A DNA stretch of 50,954 nt. It comes from Alphaproteobacteria bacterium. GTDB taxonomy: Bacteria; Pseudomonadota; Alphaproteobacteria; RF32; CAG-239. Both the position numbers and the translations under genes were made by a program. The stretch is from contig JAFVFH010000054.1 of NCBI GenBank assembly GCA_017475525.1, positions 1-50,954 on the forward strand, read 5' to 3'. Shown here in pieces: positions 47,535 to 50,954 of the stretch; the stretch's first letter is position 1, and the number at the start of each line of letters is the position of its first letter. The notes beneath the pieces were generated by a model that saw only the letters and a program-made list of their open reading frames with translations, made no database searches and was not told the DNA's origin.

Positions 47535-50500
47535 TTATATCTCCTTAATTTGTGTGACACCGGAAACGGCACGCAATTTCGACAGAATGGTCGAATCGGC
47601 AAAAGCATAGCTGCCGGCAAGCTCGATTTTGACATACCAATCCTTTATGTCGGGAATGAGATAAACTTTGTTTGCGCCTTGTCTGTCTTGGCTCAATATT
47701 TGTTTGAGTTCACGGACGGCGGAAACATTGTTTAAATAGATAATCACACCATTGGCTTGCTCGGCAATGGACTGATCTAAAGTTTTGACCTCATTAATCA
47801 TCACACGGGGGCCTTTCTCGGGATCTTGCTTATCAATCAAGAGTTTAGCAAGAACAGGTTCGCCGGAAGTTAATATATGTTCGTATTTTGCCAAACCATC
47901 GGAGAAAATCATTGCTTCAACGGCGCCGGCATTATCGGACAAAGAAACAAAGGCATATTTGTTGCCTGACGTTTTGGCGATTCGCTTTTGAACATTTTCA
48001 ACACAAGCGGCAATGCTGGCTTGGATTTTGTCGCCAAGCTCGATATTCGACATGATTTGAGTGCAATTTTTCAAGCCTAATTTTTCAATGCTTTCCTTAT
48101 AGCCGTCAAGAGGGTGTGCCGAAAGATAAAAGCCGATGGCCTCTGCTTCCATGCGAAGCTTTTCTAAGTTCGGCCAATCGGGAACATCTTTGAGCTTGAT
48201 TTCCGAGCTCAATTCTTCAGCGCCGAAAAGCGATGACTGTGCGCTCGTTTTTGTTTCAGTCGAGGCTGAAATGTGTTTCAAAATGTTTTCAATGTTTTCA
48301 AAAAGCTTTTGACGATTTGTGTCAATCTCATCAAATGCACCGGCTTTAATGAGCTGTTCAAGCTGTTTGCGGTTGATGAATTTGATGTCGATTCGGTGGC
48401 AAAAATCGGAAATGCTTTTGAAATTTCCGTTTTTTTCACGCTCGGAGACAATGCCTTGCATGGCTGCCGCGCTGACGCCTTTGATGGCGCCCAAAGCATA
48501 GCGAATGTTGCCGTTTTCGACGGCAAATTCGGCATCTGATTTGTTGATATTCGGAGGCAAAACATCAAAGTGCATATCTTTACAATCAGCCACAAAGGTT
48601 GTGAGCTTATCGGTGTTGGTGATATCTAAATCCATTACTGCGCACATAAACTCAACAGGATAGTGGCATTTCAAATATGCCGTTTGATATGAAATAAGCG
48701 AATAAGCGGCGGCATGCGATTTGTTGAAACCATAGGAGGCAAATTTTTCCATTTGGTCGAAAATAGAGCTTGCAATATCTTCTTTGATGCCGTTTTCAAG
48801 CGCGCCTTTCATAAATTTTTCGCGTTGCTTCGGAATTTCCTGAATCTGTTTTTTGCCCATGACTTTACGGAGTTTGTCGGCCTCACCCATCGTGTAGCCG
48901 GCGAGGCTCCGCGCAATTTGCATGACCTGCTCTTGATAGACCATAATGCCGTATGTTTCATCCAAAATGGGCGCCAAGGCGGGGTGCAGATAGGTGATTT
49001 CTTCCTCACCGTGCTTGCGTTTGATGTATGTCGGGATATTATCCATCGGTCCCGGGCGATAGAGTGAAACAATAGCAATTAAATCTTCAAAGCGGTCAGG
49101 CTTGATTTGTTTGTGCACATTTTGCATGCCGGGCGATTCAAATTGGAATACGGCGCATGTATCGCCCCTTTGCATCATTTCATAAGTTTCTTTATCGTCT
49201 AACGGAATTGTTTCCATATCAAGTTTGATACCATGTGTTTTTTCAACCCAATCAACCGCCTTTTTGATGACGGTCAGGGTCTTTAAGCCTAAAAAGTCAA
49301 ACTTAATGAGTCCCGTTTCCTCGACAAACTTCATGTCATATTGTGTAACAGGCATTTCGGCGCGTGGGTCTTTATATAAAGGCACAAGCTCATCAAGCGG
49401 GCGATCGCCGATCACAACACCTGCGGCATGAACACCGGACTGACGATATAAGCCCTCTAACTTCATGCAGATGTCAAAAAGCTTGTTAATCTGCGGGTCG
49501 GAAGTGCGCATTTGCTCGAGTTCGGGCACCATTTCTAAAGCTTGTTTCAGAGAAACATTTTTGCCTTGAACGGGCGGTGGCACCATTTTAGAAAGCTTGT
49601 CGGCCTGTGAATAAGGCATTTGCATCACGCGTGCAACATCACGGATAACGTTTTTGGCTTGCAATTTGCCATAAGTGATGATTTGTGCAACATGGTCGAA
49701 ACCATACTTATTTTGCACATATTCAATCGTTTTCTCGCGATTTTCCTGACAGAAGTCAACGTCAAAGTCAGGCATGTTGACGCGGTCGGGGTTTAAGAAA
49801 CGCTCAAACAAAAGCTCTAATTTGATGGGGTCAAGTTCGGTGATTTTCAAAGACCAAGCCACAATTGAACCTGCACCCGAACCACGGCCGGGACCGACCG
49901 GAACACCGTGCGTTTTAGACCAACGGATAAAGTCGGACACAATCAGAAAATAGCCGGGGAAGCCCATGCGCTTGATGACGCTGAGCTCGTATTCAAGGCG
50001 CTCGTAATATTTTTTATCAATCTCGGCTCTTTGTTCTGCTGTCATATCAGGCGTGTAGACCTGTTTTTCCATGCGCTCTTTGAGGCCTTTGTATGCTTCT
50101 TCGGTGATAAACTCATCTTGGGTTTTGCCGTCCGGACACTCAAAAATCGGAAGCAAAGGCTTAACTTTTTCAGACAAATAGTTGCAACGTTTGGCAATGT
50201 TGACCGAATTTTCCAAAGCCTCAGGCAAATCTTGAAAAAGATCATGCATTTCCGCTTCGGTTTTGAGCCGATTGTTAATGGAAAACTTTTTGCGGTTGTC
50301 ATTGGCGATAACCTCGCCTGCGGCAATGCAAATCAGGGCATCGTGTGCCTCATACATCTCCGCATCAAGAAAAAAGGCTTCGTTGGTGGCAACAAGTGCA
50401 ATGTTGTGTTTGTATGCAAGGTCTATAAAATCTGCTTCTGTTTGCGATTCTTCCTGAAGGCCTATACGCGAAAGCTCGATATAAAGCCTGTCGCCGAAGA

Positions 50501-50954
50501 TTTTGTGCAAATGCTCGGTCAGTGCATCGGCTTCGTCTTTGCGATTTTCTAAAAGAAGCCTGCCGATAGGGCCTTCAAAACCGGCGGTTAAGGCAATCAA
50601 CCCTTCGTTTAATTCTTCCAAATCCTGATATGTCAGTTGAGGTTCGTCACCGTTTTGCGTGCTGTCCAAATAAAAACGCTTCATCAGCTTCATGATGTTT
50701 TGATAGCCCGTTTCATTTTGAACAAGCAAAATGAATTTGTCGCGCTCTAAGGTTTTGCCTTTTGACCTTAAAATATCATCAGAATCGGGGTTATGCAAAA
50801 AAAATTGGCAACCTAAAATCGGCTTGATGCCATCTGCTGAGGCATAGGCCGAAATCGCTTTACCGCCGAACATATTGCCCGTATCGGTCATGGCAACGGC
50901 GGGCATGTTCATCTCTTTTAAGCGATGGATTAAATCGCCGATTTTAATCGCTCC
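47535..50954 (-). CDS. dnaE: DNA polymerase III alpha subunit (5' end outside the window)
   Basis: TDTGN, GPGRGSGAGS, MPDFDVDF, KFDFLGL and FNKSH motifs. Confidence 0.98.
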   Translation of the reverse strand, partial: GAIKIGDLIHRLKEMNMPAVAMTDTGNMFGGKAISAYASADGIKPILGCQFFLHNPDSDDILRSKGKTLERDKFILLVQNETGYQNIMKLMKRFYLDSTQNGDEPQLTYQDLEELNEGLIALTAGFEGPIGRLLLENRKDEADALTEHLHKIFGDRLYIELSRIGLQEESQTEADFIDLAYKHNIALVATNEAFFLDAEMYEAHDALICIAAGEVIANDNRKKFSINNRLKTEAEMHDLFQDLPEALENSVNIAKRCNYLSEKVKPLLPIFECPDGKTQDEFITEEAYKGLKERMEKQVYTPDMTAEQRAEIDKKYYERLEYELSVIKRMGFPGYFLIVSDFIRWSKTHGVPVGPGRGSGAGSIVAWSLKITELDPIKLELLFERFLNPDRVNMPDFDVDFCQENREKTIEYVQNKYGFDHVAQIITYGKLQAKNVIRDVARVMQMPYSQADKLSKMVPPPVQGKNVSLKQALEMVPELEQMRTSDPQINKLFDICMKLEGLYRQSGVHAAGVVIGDRPLDELVPLYKDPRAEMPVTQYDMKFVEETGLIKFDFLGLKTLTVIKKAVDWVEKTHGIKLDMETIPLDDKETYEMMQRGDTCAVFQFESPGMQNVHKQIKPDRFEDLIAIVSLYRPGPMDNIPTYIKRKHGEEEITYLHPALAPILDETYGIMVYQEQVMQIARSLAGYTMGEADKLRKVMGKKQIQEIPKQREKFMKGALENGIKEDIASSIFDQMEKFASYGFNKSHAAAYSLISYQTAYLKCHYPVEFMCAVMDLDITNTDKLTTFVADCKDMHFDVLPPNINKSDAEFAVENGNIRYALGAIKGVSAAAMQGIVSEREKNGNFKSISDFCHRIDIKFINRKQLEQLIKAGAFDEIDTNRQKLFENIENILKHISASTETKTSAQSSLFGAEELSSEIKLKDVPDWPNLEKLRMEAEAIGFYLSAHPLDGYKESIEKLGLKNCTQIMSNIELGDKIQASIAACVENVQKRIAKTSGNKYAFVSLSDNAGAVEAMIFSDGLAKYEHILTSGEPVLAKLLIDKQDPEKGPRVMINEVKTLDQSIAEQANGVIIYLNNVSAVRELKQILSQDRQGANKVYLIPDIKDWYVKIELAGSYAFADSTILSKLRAVSGVTQIKEI

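Overview
Chromosomal window of an anaerobic, probably gut-associated alphaproteobacterium. The taxonomy is inferred from alpha-type RpsB/Tsf, Hsp33, YidC and a MipZ-like gene; an RF32/Rhodospirillales-like lineage is plausible but unverified. Housekeeping genes (rpsB-tsf, rpmH-rnpA-yidD, yidC-yihA, mnmE, rlmH, polA, dnaE, two tRNAs) alternate with single-gene accessory units encoding surface proteins. A Firmicutes-like operon (hfsABC, ferredoxin, [FeFe]-hydrogenase, adhE, rex) has a Rex box in its promoter. Two unexplained signals stand out. (1) Five dispersed 160-215 nt structured leaders share one layout: promoter, 5' hairpin, covarying multi-stem bounded by GG...UCC, then an abutting terminator-type hairpin. 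They precede a YD-like protein, an LRR protein, a type IV pilin, an LTA-synthase-like gene and cobB. (2) The two unrelated secreted proteins behind the most similar leaders share a 22-25 aa C-terminal tag, which aligns without gaps to the C-terminus of the pilin. Together these suggest a co-regulated, pilus-linked display or secretion system; this is a hypothesis. Also seen: an in-frame TAA in polA, a MipZ homolog lacking the P-loop, a ~500 bp inverted duplication, two REP-like palindrome families and tRNA-fragment duplications. All alignments and folds were done by eye and no database searches were run.
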